In this document: piece after piece, positions 8,542-17,162 of the stretch | Position numbering within the stretch: the stretch's first letter is position 1 | How the letters are laid out: the number at the start of each line of letters is the position of its first letter | Assembly: GCA_964576755.1 (NCBI GenBank) | Contig: CAZNUV010000001.1 | Span: forward strand, 40,883-104,882 | Source: Candidatus Woesearchaeota archaeon | GTDB taxonomy: Archaea > Nanobdellota > Nanobdellia > Pacearchaeales > GW2011-AR1 | Reading direction: 5' to 3' | Length of the DNA stretch: 64,000 nucleotides | Translations under genes and position numbers: made by a program | The notes under the pieces: model-generated | What the model was told of the DNA's origin: nothing | The model's database searches: none | Seen by the model: the letters and a program-made list of their open reading frames with translations, nothing else

Positions 8542-9187
8542 GTTTCATTCCTAAAATATTTTGGAATTGCTCTTCAAAAAGCTTTAAAAAATTATTAAAT
8601 CCTTTTGGAACTTTGAATAGTATCTCTTTCTTCTCTTTATTTATTGTAAATTCAAATTGTTTTCTAAAGAAAAAATCCTGTAATGAGTTTATTTGTTCTT
8701 TTTCATCTGTGACTTTTCTATTAATTTTAAAGTTATATATAACATCACGACCAGCAAGAGGATTATTAAAGTCTACTAGAACTCTTCCTCCTGAAACAGA
8801 AATAATCTTAACAACATTTCCATCAAGAGATAGCTGCATACCTCTTTGAGGAACAATTTTTTGTTCTGTAAAAGATTTGAGAGGAATCATTTTAATTAAC
8901 AAGGGATTTCTCTTTCCAAAAGATTTGTCAGGTGTTAATTCTGTAGTATACTCTTTTCCAATCTCTTTTCCTTCTAAATCCTCATCTAATCCCTTAAGAA
9001 TCATATTATTTCCCACAGATAATACAAAGGGTTTCAATTCTTTAATTTGTAAACCTGCTTTTTCTGCTTCGGATTTTATATTTGTGTCAAAAATATCTCC
9101 GCCTTTTACTTTAGCAGTGAATTCTATCTCAACAAAATCTCCTTTTTTAACATTCTCTTGTTTGAGTATTTTATTTTGTTCAACCAT
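8432..9187 (-). CDS. FKBP-type peptidyl-prolyl cis-trans isomerase (long archaeal type with IF insert)
   Basis: GDFVEIEFTAKVKGGDIFDTN...FVLSVGNNMILKGLDEDLEGKEIG...NPLAG. K/E-rich C-terminal tail. Confidence 0.75.
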   Translation of the reverse strand: MVEQNKILKQENVKKGDFVEIEFTAKVKGGDIFDTNIKSEAEKAGLQIKELKPFVLSVGNNMILKGLDEDLEGKEIGKEYTTELTPDKSFGKRNPLLIKMIPLKSFTEQKIVPQRGMQLSLDGNVVKIISVSGGRVLVDFNNPLAGRDVIYNFKINRKVTDEKEQINSLQDFFFRKQFEFTINKEKKEILFKVPKGFNNFLKLFEEQFQNILGMKLNAVVEGENKVDEKKPENEKKIEQEKVQDKEKSLNV

Positions 9188-9225
9188 ATGTTTCTCTGTA
9201 AAAAAGCTATTAAAAACCTTTCTAA

Positions 9226-9909
9226 TTACCTAGAAAGACTAATTTCGTTTAACTTATAAAAAAGTTCTCCAAAGACCTTAATGGGTTTTTTATTTGCTTT
9301 AATTTTAATTATTCTATTCCCATAATATTTTATAAGCATTGGTTCTATATCGTTTCTATAATCTTTTAATCTTTTAGAAAAAACTTCAAAATCATCATCC
9401 CTTCTTTTAATTATTTTCTCGCCACTACAAACATCACAAAAACCCTCTCTAATTGGTTTAAGTGATTCGTCTGTTTGATTATTATATACTTTTCTACATC
9501 TTGGGCAACTCACCCTTCCAGCAGCCCTCTGGTAAAGCTGGGCATCATTATTTAATCTAAGAATAACAGGAATATGATCTGGATGTAGATTATCTAAGAA
9601 ATTGGCCTGACCAAAAGTTCTTGGAAACCCATCAATAACAAAGCCATGCTGATATTCTGGTTTTTTTAGATATTCTTCAACTAAATTATTGGTGAGATTG
9701 TCTGGGACTAATTTGCCCTGGCCCCAATATTCCTCCCTAGCACTTATCCCAAGAAGAGAACCTTCATTTGCAAGTTTTCTAAAAATCTCTCCTGTGGAAA
9801 TATGAAAAATTTGTAATTCTTTCTCAAGTGTATTAGAAACAGTTCCTTTTCCTGAATTTGGGGGGCCTATTAAAACAATCTTTCTAAAATCTCTCTGCAG
9901 TTTTTCCAT
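9226..9909 (-). CDS. adk: adenylate kinase (bacterial-type, zinc LID)
   Basis: P-loop IGPPNSGKGT. LID CPRC...CDVC with GRVDD-like motif. Not linked to secY. Confidence 0.9.
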   Translation of the reverse strand: MEKLQRDFRKIVLIGPPNSGKGTVSNTLEKELQIFHISTGEIFRKLANEGSLLGISAREEYWGQGKLVPDNLTNNLVEEYLKKPEYQHGFVIDGFPRTFGQANFLDNLHPDHIPVILRLNNDAQLYQRAAGRVSCPRCRKVYNNQTDESLKPIREGFCDVCSGEKIIKRRDDDFEVFSKRLKDYRNDIEPMLIKYYGNRIIKIKANKKPIKVFGELFYKLNEISLSR

Positions 9910-9984
9910 AAAAATCCCATAAAAGACTAATTTATAATGTTTTCTATGATTATCTAAAGGCTAGGAGGAAATCTCATGTATCCA

Positions 9985-9998
9985 AACCTTTATAAATA
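9985..9998 (+). promoter_or_regulatory. BRE/TATA promoter element AACCTTTATAAATA about 25 nt upstream of the aIF5A ATG (leaderless)
   Basis: Identical to the secY promoter 14-mer. No SD between the TATA and the ATG. Confidence 0.6.
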
Positions 9999-10017
9999 AA
10001 TTTTTTGTTAACTTGAT

Positions 10018-10407
10018 ATGGCTTTTAAATTATTAAATGCAACAGAACTACGTGTTGGAAGTTTTGCAATGATAGATGGGGAAGCATTTCAAATTAAAAG
10101 TATGGATATTTCTAAAACAGGGAAACATGGTCATGCAAAATGCAGATTTGAAGCAGTGAGTTTAACTGGTGGAAAGAAAAAAGTATTAGTTGTTCCCGGA
10201 CATGAAAGGTTTGAGGTTCCAATGATTATAAAAAATAAGGCACAGGTTCTTTCAATTTCTGGAGAAATAGTGAATGTAATGGACTTAGAAAGTTATGAAA
10301 ATTTTGAATTAGACATCCCTGAAGAATTCAAGGGTCAGATAAAAGAAGAAGATAATATTGAGTATTGGGACATCGAAGGAAGAAAAATAATAAAGAGGAT
10401 ATTATAA
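10018..10407 (+). CDS. eif5a: translation initiation factor 5A (aIF5A)
   Basis: Hypusine loop SKTGKHGHAKCRFEAV. N-terminal SH3-like and C-terminal OB domains. Confidence 0.85.
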   Translation: MAFKLLNATELRVGSFAMIDGEAFQIKSMDISKTGKHGHAKCRFEAVSLTGGKKKVLVVPGHERFEVPMIIKNKAQVLSISGEIVNVMDLESYENFELDIPEEFKGQIKEEDNIEYWDIEGRKIIKRIL

Positions 10408-10409
10408 TT

Positions 10410-10574
10410 ATGGCATCAAAAATTCCTGCAGCTCAAAATAGATTATTTAAGAATATTTTTGTTTGTAAAAATTGTAAACATCGAATGAGGGTTGAACCGT
10501 TAAAAATATTAGGTGGAAAGGTTAGATGTAGAAAATGTAAAAAGAGTGACTTTCGTGTCGTAAGAAAGAAATAA
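10410..10574 (+). CDS. rpl40e: 50S ribosomal protein L40e
   Basis: MASKIPAAQNRLFKNIFVCKNCKHRMRVEPLKILGGKVRCRKCKKSDFRVVRKK is the C4 zinc-ribbon L40e pattern. The ORF-track start at 10365 overlaps aIF5A; ATG at 10410 is preferred. Confidence 0.7.
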   Translation: MASKIPAAQNRLFKNIFVCKNCKHRMRVEPLKILGGKVRCRKCKKSDFRVVRKK

Positions 10575-10594
10575 TTAATAAATTAATATAATCA

Positions 10595-11977
10595 ATGGTA
10601 TCTTTTATAGTATATGACTTAAGTTTCTTGGTTTTATTTACAATCTTTATTTTTATTTTTTTATATAAAAATAGGAGAAAACTAGGTAGGGAGGGGATAA
10701 TCTTTATGTATCGGACCCAAGTGGGAGTTAAACTGATTAAATATGTGGGTGACACTTTTTCTAAAGTTTTACATAAGATGAAACATGTAGTAATTGGAGT
10801 TGGGTTTATCTTAATGGGAATTATGCTCTATCTATTAGGTTTTTCATTTTACAAATATATTTCTGATCCTTTAATTTTTCAATTAATAAAAGCTCCGCCA
10901 ATTGCACCTTTGATTCCCTATTTTCCAGAATTATTTGGGATGCAATCTTATTTCCCTCCTTTTTATTTTACTTATTTTATTATAGCTCTTTTAATTGTCG
11001 CAGTAGTCCATGAATTCTCACATGGAATCTTTATGAGACTTTTTAAGATAAAAATAAAATCTACAGGTTTTATTTTTCTTGGACCAATATTAGGGGCATT
11101 TGTTGAGCAAGATGATAATCAAATGAAGAGAGAATCTAATTTTAATCAAATGACTATCCTTGCTGCAGGTGTTTTTGCAAATTTAATTTTTGCAGTTTTA
11201 TTCTTTATTCTCCTATTAGGATTTTTTAATTTTTCATATGTAGAATCTGGATATAAGTTCAATACTTATGCGTATAGTATTGTTCCGAAAAATCAAATTT
11301 CTGGTTATGGGAATTTTTCTGAACCTTTAACCGAGGTTTATGTACAAAATAGAACATACTATTTAGACGAAGAATTAAAACAAAACTTTAATAAAAATTT
11401 GACCCAGGTTATCTTATATGAGGGTCCTGCAGTAAAATCTCAAGTAAAGGGGGCAATTGTTGAGATAGACAATAGTAAAATCTCAAATCAAAAAGAGTTG
11501 GAAATTTTCTTGAGTAAAAAAAGCCCTGGAGAAATAATTAATTTAAAAACAGAAGATAAACAAGAAGAAATAAATAATTATGAACTAATTTTAGGTGAAC
11601 ATCCTTTTAACAATTCAAAAGCTTATCTCGGGGTTGGATTTATTGGAGGTAATCAACAAAAAGGAATATTTTCAAAAGTAGTAAACTCTATTCTTTATTT
11701 TAAAGATCCTGCAGTTTATTATAAACCTACTTGGAATAGGGACGTAGTGGAGTTCATTTATAATTTTTTATGGTGGGTGGCCATAATTAATTTGTTGGTA
11801 GCATTGTTTAATATGCTACCCTTAGGAATATTAGATGGTGGAAGATTCCTTTATCTTACTATTTTTTCTATAACAAAATCCAAAAATTTTGCAAAAATAT
11901 TTTTTAAAATAATTTCATATGCAATATTATTAATTTTTGTTTTAATGTTACTATTTTGGATTTTTAAATTTTTCTAA
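10595..11977 (+). CDS. site-2 protease (M50 family intramembrane metalloprotease) with PDZ domain
   Basis: HEFSHG (HExxH) inside a TM helix. NMLPLGILDGG (LDG motif). Central PDZ-like soluble region. Multiple TM helices. Confidence 0.85.
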   Translation: MVSFIVYDLSFLVLFTIFIFIFLYKNRRKLGREGIIFMYRTQVGVKLIKYVGDTFSKVLHKMKHVVIGVGFILMGIMLYLLGFSFYKYISDPLIFQLIKAPPIAPLIPYFPELFGMQSYFPPFYFTYFIIALLIVAVVHEFSHGIFMRLFKIKIKSTGFIFLGPILGAFVEQDDNQMKRESNFNQMTILAAGVFANLIFAVLFFILLLGFFNFSYVESGYKFNTYAYSIVPKNQISGYGNFSEPLTEVYVQNRTYYLDEELKQNFNKNLTQVILYEGPAVKSQVKGAIVEIDNSKISNQKELEIFLSKKSPGEIINLKTEDKQEEINNYELILGEHPFNNSKAYLGVGFIGGNQQKGIFSKVVNSILYFKDPAVYYKPTWNRDVVEFIYNFLWWVAIINLLVALFNMLPLGILDGGRFLYLTIFSITKSKNFAKIFFKIISYAILLIFVLMLLFWIFKFF

Positions 11978-12104
11978 TTTCTCGACGACAATTTTTTTGT
12001 TTAACAAACAGTTTTAACAAAAAAATTTATTTTTAGAAAAGTATTTAAACAAGTTTATCGTTATTAAATTAACTAAAATTAAAAAAATAAAAAGAGGTCA
12101 TCAA

Positions 12105-12224
12105 ATGGTCGCAAGAAAAAAAGCTGCAAAAAAGAAAACAGTTAAGAAAAAAACTGTAAAGAAGAAAGCTGCAAAAAAGAAAAAAGCAGTTAAAAAGAAA
12201 GCAGTTAAAAAAAAGAGAAGATAA
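12105..12224 (+). CDS. 39-aa lysine-rich basic protein (poly-AKKK / H1-tail-like), putative nucleic-acid binding
   Basis: Hand translation: MVARKKAAKKKTVKKKTVKKKAAKKKKAVKKKAVKKKRR. Strong SD aaagaggt 7 nt upstream. Not in the ORF track. Confidence 0.45.
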   Translation: MVARKKAAKKKTVKKKTVKKKAAKKKKAVKKKAVKKKRR

Positions 12225-12259
12225 AGTAAAATTTAAATTTTTTTATTTTTATTTATTAT

Positions 12260-13288
12260 ATGAATAAATCTAAGGGTAAGGATATTTCTGATAGTTTAAA
12301 AAAAGATTTATCTAAAAAACATTATGCACTTGCTGGAAGCACTTCTGCTGTTCAAATTTGTAATTGGACTAAAAATTCATTGAACAAAAAGGGGGTATGT
12401 TGGAAAGAGAAATTTTATGGAATTCAAAGTCATCGATGCTGTCAAATGTCTCCTTGCGTAATGTGGTGTGAAAATAAATGTTTACATTGTTGGAGACCAA
12501 TAGAAGACAATCTAGGAACAGATATTCCTGTCATAGATGACCCAAAAAAGATAATTGAGGAAATAATTAAACAACGAATAAAATTATTAAATGGTTTTGG
12601 GGGAAATGAAAGAATAAATAAGAAAAGATTAAAGGAGTCTTTAGAACCAAACTTATTTACCTTTTCTTTGTCTGGAGAACCAACACTTTATCCAAGACTT
12701 GGAGAATTAATTAAAGAGCTAAGAAAAAGAAAAATAGTAACATTTATCGTGACAAATGGACAAAATTCTCAAGCAATAAAAAAATTAGAAAAAGAAAAAG
12801 CGCTCCCAACACAATTAACTGTTTCATTAAATGCTCCTAATGAAAAACTTTTTACAATTTGGCATCGTTCTTCTAAACCCGCTGCATGGAAAGAGTTTAA
12901 TAAAACTTTAGAACTTTTAAAAGAATTAAAAAATAAAACTAGAAAAGTAATCCGTCTTACTCTTGTTAAATCTATTCAAGGAAAAAATTTACTTGATAAA
13001 ATTTCAAATATGGGAGAAGAAACTATTTCTGAATATGCACATTTAATAAAAAAAGCAGATCCAGATTTTATCCATGTTAAAGCTTTTATGTCTCTAGGTT
13101 ATTCAAGAGAAAGAATGGGTTATGAAAAAATGCCAGAACATTATGAAATAAAACGTTTTGCAGAGAAATTATTACAAGAATTAAAAAGCCAAGGATCAAA
13201 GGAATATAAAATTCTCGGTGATGAAAAAAGAAGTAGAGTTGTATTAATTGGGAAATCTCGTAGAGGGTTAAAAATTAAAAAAGCGTGA
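12260..13288 (+). CDS. taw1: tRNA 4-demethylwyosine synthase (Taw1/TYW1, radical SAM)
   Basis: YGIQSHRCCQMSPCVMWCENKCLHCWRP matches the TYW1 signature (SHRC.QM.P....C.NKC.FCWR) with a CX3CX2C cluster. Confidence 0.8.
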   Translation: MNKSKGKDISDSLKKDLSKKHYALAGSTSAVQICNWTKNSLNKKGVCWKEKFYGIQSHRCCQMSPCVMWCENKCLHCWRPIEDNLGTDIPVIDDPKKIIEEIIKQRIKLLNGFGGNERINKKRLKESLEPNLFTFSLSGEPTLYPRLGELIKELRKRKIVTFIVTNGQNSQAIKKLEKEKALPTQLTVSLNAPNEKLFTIWHRSSKPAAWKEFNKTLELLKELKNKTRKVIRLTLVKSIQGKNLLDKISNMGEETISEYAHLIKKADPDFIHVKAFMSLGYSRERMGYEKMPEHYEIKRFAEKLLQELKSQGSKEYKILGDEKRSRVVLIGKSRRGLKIKKA

Positions 13289-13305
13289 AAATAAATTGTC
13301 TAAAA

Positions 13306-13662
13306 TTATAACATTACAACACCCTCTTTAGTCAAAGCAGTAAATCTAACTCCAACAGGTAGGCTTAATAAAGCAGAAAGAAGAGCCATATGTTCTTTTC
13401 CTGAACCAGATGCAATTGATAAAGCAACTTCTGTTCCTTTGACCTTACCTTTAAGTTTTTTTGCAAATTCTTCTTTTAAAGATGTAAGCGCCTTATTATC
13501 AGAGTATTCTACAAAATCAAAGGGAATTCCTTTCTCTAGTTTAAAATCTTTAGCATAACTAGGGCCAACTAAAATAATTCTTTCCCATTCTCCTTTTGAG
13601 CATAATCCAGAAACTTGTCCCCAAGTTCCTTTCCCAGTACTCAACATTGCTACAAGTTCCAT
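13306..13662 (-). CDS. hypothetical protein
   Basis: 118-aa ORF with normal composition and no recognised motif. Confidence 0.45.
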   Translation of the reverse strand: MELVAMLSTGKGTWGQVSGLCSKGEWERIILVGPSYAKDFKLEKGIPFDFVEYSDNKALTSLKEEFAKKLKGKVKGTEVALSIASGSGKEHMALLSALLSLPVGVRFTALTKEGVVML

Positions 13663-13750
13663 AATTTTATTTTAATTCTCAATTTTATAAGCATTTATAT
13701 TCTTGACAATAGATTTATAAAGCTAAAAAAGCTAAAAAAATTACCTTTGA

Positions 13751-13763
13751 CTACCGCTGGTAG
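13751..13763 (+). promoter_or_regulatory. stem-loop (CTACC-GCT-GGTAG) in the L1 operon leader, followed by GGAGG about 25 nt from the ATG
   Basis: Perfect 5-bp inverted repeat 30 nt upstream of the rpl1 start. L1 is known to autoregulate via mRNA structure in archaea. Confidence 0.25.
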
Positions 13764-13792
13764 GAGGATTAGATAAATCTTATAGACTAAAG

Positions 13793-14413
13793 ATGGAAGA
13801 ACAGACATTTGAAAAAGCATTAGAAGAATTAAGAAAAGATAAAAAAAGAAAGTTCTTACAGACAGTAGACTTAATTATAAATCTTCAAGAATTTGATGTT
13901 CGGAAAGAATCTTTCAACACTTTTATAAAAATTCCTCATCCAATTGATAAAAAGATATGTGCATTTTTAACAAAAAAATCAAGCATAGTTGATACAATTA
14001 CTAAGGAAGGGTTTGATAAATACAAAGAGAAAAAAGAGATAAAAAATCTTACTAAAAAATATGATTTCTTTATTGCTATAGCTCCGCTGATGCCTCAAAT
14101 TGCTACAAAGTTTGGTAGAATTTTCGGTCCGGTTGGTAAAATGCCTTCTCCACAAGCAGGAATACTAACTAAAGAAGATGATAAAACAATAAAAGAAAAT
14201 GTTGAAAAGATGAAAAGCATGATAAGGATACGGGTCAAAGAAAGAAGTATAAAGGTTATTATTGGGAGAGAGGATTTGCAAAATAAAGATTTAAAAGAAA
14301 ATGCTGAAGCAATTATCAATGCAATTGAAAAAAATCTTCCACGTGGTAAACAAAACATAAAAAATGTCCTTATAAAATTTACAATGACTAAACCGATAAA
14401 GGTGAAATATTAA
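13793..14413 (+). CDS. rpl1: 50S ribosomal protein L1
   Basis: FLQTVDLIINL...FGRIFGPVGKMPSP is the L1 signature. Confidence 0.85.
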   Translation: MEEQTFEKALEELRKDKKRKFLQTVDLIINLQEFDVRKESFNTFIKIPHPIDKKICAFLTKKSSIVDTITKEGFDKYKEKKEIKNLTKKYDFFIAIAPLMPQIATKFGRIFGPVGKMPSPQAGILTKEDDKTIKENVEKMKSMIRIRVKERSIKVIIGREDLQNKDLKENAEAIINAIEKNLPRGKQNIKNVLIKFTMTKPIKVKY

Positions 14414-14414
14414 A

Positions 14415-15350
14415 ATGGTAAAAGAAGATTTGAAGAAAGAGAAAAAAATTGAAAAAAAAGAAGAGAAAAAGAAGATTGAAACTCATGTTTCTGAAGCAAA
14501 AAAGAAAAAAGTTGAAGGATTAAAAAGACTTATGAAGAAAAAAGCAATTATAATCGCATCAATTAAAAATTTACCTTCTTCACAATTCCAGGATATTAGA
14601 AAAAAATTAAGAGCTAAAGCAGAAGTAGTTGTCTCTAAAAAGAGTTTAATTGACTTTGCATTAGAACACGCACAAGATGCGCATTTAAAACAATTAGTTA
14701 AATATGTTGATGAAAATTGTGCATTACTTTTTTCCGATGAAGATGCGTTCGAGTTGTCTGCATTACTTTCAGAAAATAAAAGTGCTACAAAAGCAAAACC
14801 AGGACAAGAAGCTCCAGAAGATATTCATATTGAAGCAGGGCCTACTGATTTAATGCCTGGGCCAGATATAAGTTTTCTTAGCGGAGTTGGGTTACAAGTA
14901 AAAATTGAAAATGGGAAAATTGCAATTCAAGCTCCAAAGATATTAGTTAAAAAAGGAGTTGCTATCTCTGAAAATCAATCAGCAGTTTTATCTAAATTAG
15001 GAATTACTCCGTTTGAAGTTGGACTTGAACCTTTAGTTGCTTTTTATGATGGTAAAATATATACCCATATTAAAATAAACAAGCCTGAAACAATTGAAGA
15101 ATTAAAAAAAGCCTGTGGAAGAGGGCTAGCATTTGCTGTTTCTATTAATCAGGTAAACCAAGAAACATTACCATTTATTTTAGCAAAAGCAGCAAGCCAT
15201 GAAATGGTTCTTTCAAGTTTGATTAAAACAGGAGTTAAAGAAGAAACTATTGAACAGGTGAAAGAAGAAACACAAGTAGAAGGAGAAAAATTAGCTGAGG
15301 AAAAAGAAGAACCTAAAGCAAAAGAAGAAAATAAATCAGATTCAAACTAA
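14415..15350 (+). CDS. rpl10: 50S ribosomal protein L10 (acidic P0)
   Basis: P0 N-domain (LKRLMKKKAIIIASIKNLPSSQFQDIRKKLR). Acidic KEE-rich C-terminus. Confidence 0.85.
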   Translation: MVKEDLKKEKKIEKKEEKKKIETHVSEAKKKKVEGLKRLMKKKAIIIASIKNLPSSQFQDIRKKLRAKAEVVVSKKSLIDFALEHAQDAHLKQLVKYVDENCALLFSDEDAFELSALLSENKSATKAKPGQEAPEDIHIEAGPTDLMPGPDISFLSGVGLQVKIENGKIAIQAPKILVKKGVAISENQSAVLSKLGITPFEVGLEPLVAFYDGKIYTHIKINKPETIEELKKACGRGLAFAVSINQVNQETLPFILAKAASHEMVLSSLIKTGVKEETIEQVKEETQVEGEKLAEEKEEPKAKEENKSDSN

Positions 15351-15366
15351 ATAAAAAACAAACAAA

Positions 15367-15651
15367 ATGGAATACACATACGCAGCACTTTTGTTGCATA
15401 AACTAGGGCAAGAGATCAGTGAAGACAACTTGAAGAAAGTGATTTCAGCAACTGGAGCACAGGTTGACGAAGGAAAAGTCAAGGTTCTTGTTGCAAGCTT
15501 AAAAGATGTCAATATTGATGAACAACTAGCAAATGCAAGTCTTGCCGCAGCTGCACCAGCAGCAAGCACAGAGACAACAGAAGCGCCAGAAGAAAAGAAA
15601 GAAGAACCTAAAGCAGAAGCTGCAGAAGGTTTAGCTTCATTATTCGGTTAA
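15367..15651 (+). CDS. rpl12: 50S ribosomal protein L12 (P1 stalk)
   Basis: MEYTYAALLLHKLGQEISEDNLKKV...AAAAPAA...EAAEGLASLFG. Confidence 0.9.
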   Translation: MEYTYAALLLHKLGQEISEDNLKKVISATGAQVDEGKVKVLVASLKDVNIDEQLANASLAAAAPAASTETTEAPEEKKEEPKAEAAEGLASLFG

Positions 15652-15775
15652 TCTAGTTTTTAATTCTTATTTAGGATTAGCCGCACTAGTTGTAGTTTGA
15701 ACAAGGTTTATAAAATCAAAGATAAATAAATTTCTCCCGAGGTCCTGGGAAAAGAGTTCTGTGATAATTTAGAAA

Positions 15776-16369
15776 ATGAAAATCCGACACAATTTAGATA
15801 TTGAAAAAGAAATGCGCAATAAAAATGAATTCTGGAAATATTGGGAAATTAGTGAAGAAATAGCAAAAAGACTAAGCCCATTAATAGTGAATAAATATAA
15901 AGATAAACTTAATAGATTAGGAGGGACTTTAGATACTACCTGGAATTTACAGTTACCTTCAATACTTTATTGTTTAAATGGAAAATTAAAAGGGAAAAAG
16001 ATTCTAGATTTGGGTTGTGGTTCATATCCTACAACAGATGGAATGTTTATGTCCTGGCAACCATGGTTATGTAGAGCATTACTGGAAATTGAATCTAAAC
16101 CAATTGGGATAGATATTGGAAATCTATCATTTGAAGAATTTGAACACTATCAACTAGACTTAACTAAACCTGATGCTCTTGATTTTTTACCAGATAAGTC
16201 TATAGACTTAGCAAATGCCTCTCAGTTGGTTAATTCACCTTTTTTATTTAGGTATTGTAGGAAACTTGGTTATGGTGAGATAAACCTCTTAGAGACTCTA
16301 ACTCCTCAATTAGAAAGAATCATCAGGCCAGAGGGAGTACTTATTTACTCAGACGACAGATTTATTTAA
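15776..16369 (+). CDS. class I SAM-dependent methyltransferase
   Basis: Motif I ILDLGCGSYP. Rossmann-fold pattern. Confidence 0.6.
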   Translation: MKIRHNLDIEKEMRNKNEFWKYWEISEEIAKRLSPLIVNKYKDKLNRLGGTLDTTWNLQLPSILYCLNGKLKGKKILDLGCGSYPTTDGMFMSWQPWLCRALLEIESKPIGIDIGNLSFEEFEHYQLDLTKPDALDFLPDKSIDLANASQLVNSPFLFRYCRKLGYGEINLLETLTPQLERIIRPEGVLIYSDDRFI

Positions 16370-16424
16370 ATCAAGATAAGCAAGATTTAAAATAGCTTAA
16401 TTCTAACAAATTATGAGTCAACTA

Positions 16425-16551
16425 GCCCACATCGCATAATGGTATTGCACTGGCCTTGAAAACTTCAAGTTTTTCTTGGAGTTGCTCAGGAAACTGAGTT
16501 TCATGACAGCCAGGCCCTCTGGGTATCTCGGTTCGATTCCGAGTGTGGGCG
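16425..16551 (+). tRNA. tRNA-Ser (anticodon TGA), type II with long variable arm, about 47-nt intron at canonical 37/38 position
   Basis: Acceptor GCCCACA/TGTGGGC plus discriminator G. D-arm GCA-TAATGGTAT-TGC. Anticodon stem CTGGC/GCCAG, loop CTTGAA|A. Variable arm GCCCTCTGGGTAT. T-arm CTCGG-TTCGATT-CCGAG. The intron begins AACTTCAAG and pairs with the anticodon (BHB-like). TATA atttaaaata lies about 28 nt upstream. Confidence 0.75.
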
Positions 16552-16559
16552 TTTAGAAC

Positions 16560-17144
16560 ATGAAACACAAAACAAAAATGTTTTTAATAGGGGGAATAAT
16601 AATAGTATTAATGCTCCTAACCATCGGAGGAATATATAAAATGGAAAATAAAAAAATAGTAAACATAAAAATTACAACATCTGAAGGAGATATAGTCTTA
16701 GAACTCTATCCTGAACAAGCTCCAATAACTGTTGAAAACTTCTTAGGTTATGTAAGTCGTGGAGATTATGAAAATACTGTTTTTCACAGAGTTATAAAAG
16801 ACTTTATGATTCAGGGAGGCGGATTTACTCCAGAGGGCAAGGAAAAACCAACAAAAAGCCCTATAAAACTTGAATCAAATAATGGTTTAAAAAACGAAAA
16901 ATATACTATTGCAATGGCAAGAACTAATATTCCTGATTCTGCAACAAATCAGTTCTTTATTAATACTGCAAATAATGACTTTCTAAACTACGGATCTCGA
17001 GATAAAGGTTATGCTGTTTTTGGAAAAGTCACTAGTGGGCAAGAAGTTATCGATTCTATTCAAAACAAAGAAACTACTACAAAATATCAAATGCAAGACT
17101 GGCCTATTAAAGAGATAACTATTCTAAAAATAGAAGTTGTCTAA
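16560..17144 (+). CDS. cyclophilin-type peptidyl-prolyl cis-trans isomerase with N-terminal membrane anchor
   Basis: FHRVIKDFMIQGGGF with cyclophilin core motifs. N-terminal hydrophobic helix MFLIGGIIIVLMLLTIGGI. Confidence 0.9.
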   Translation: MKHKTKMFLIGGIIIVLMLLTIGGIYKMENKKIVNIKITTSEGDIVLELYPEQAPITVENFLGYVSRGDYENTVFHRVIKDFMIQGGGFTPEGKEKPTKSPIKLESNNGLKNEKYTIAMARTNIPDSATNQFFINTANNDFLNYGSRDKGYAVFGKVTSGQEVIDSIQNKETTTKYQMQDWPIKEITILKIEVV

Positions 17145-17162
17145 AAGAGATATTCTAGAATT

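Noticed and set aside
8454-9233. ORFs 8454-8849 and 8877-9233 (+)
   Set aside because: Antisense to the FKBP PPIase gene, with no motifs.
10365-10409. ORF-track start for L40e at 10365 (MGHRRKKNN...)
   Set aside because: It would overlap the aIF5A 3' end by 43 nt. The conserved L40e N-terminus begins at the ATG at 10410.
12105-12224. Considered whether the AAG/AAA-rich tract was a CRISPR-like or simple-sequence repeat rather than a gene
   Set aside because: No spacer/repeat periodicity. An intact ATG...TAA frame with a strong SD makes a small protein the better reading, although expression is unproven.
13767-13771. GGAGG as the Shine-Dalgarno for rpl1
   Set aside because: It lies 22 nt from the ATG, too far for a functional SD. 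It is more likely part of a leader structure.
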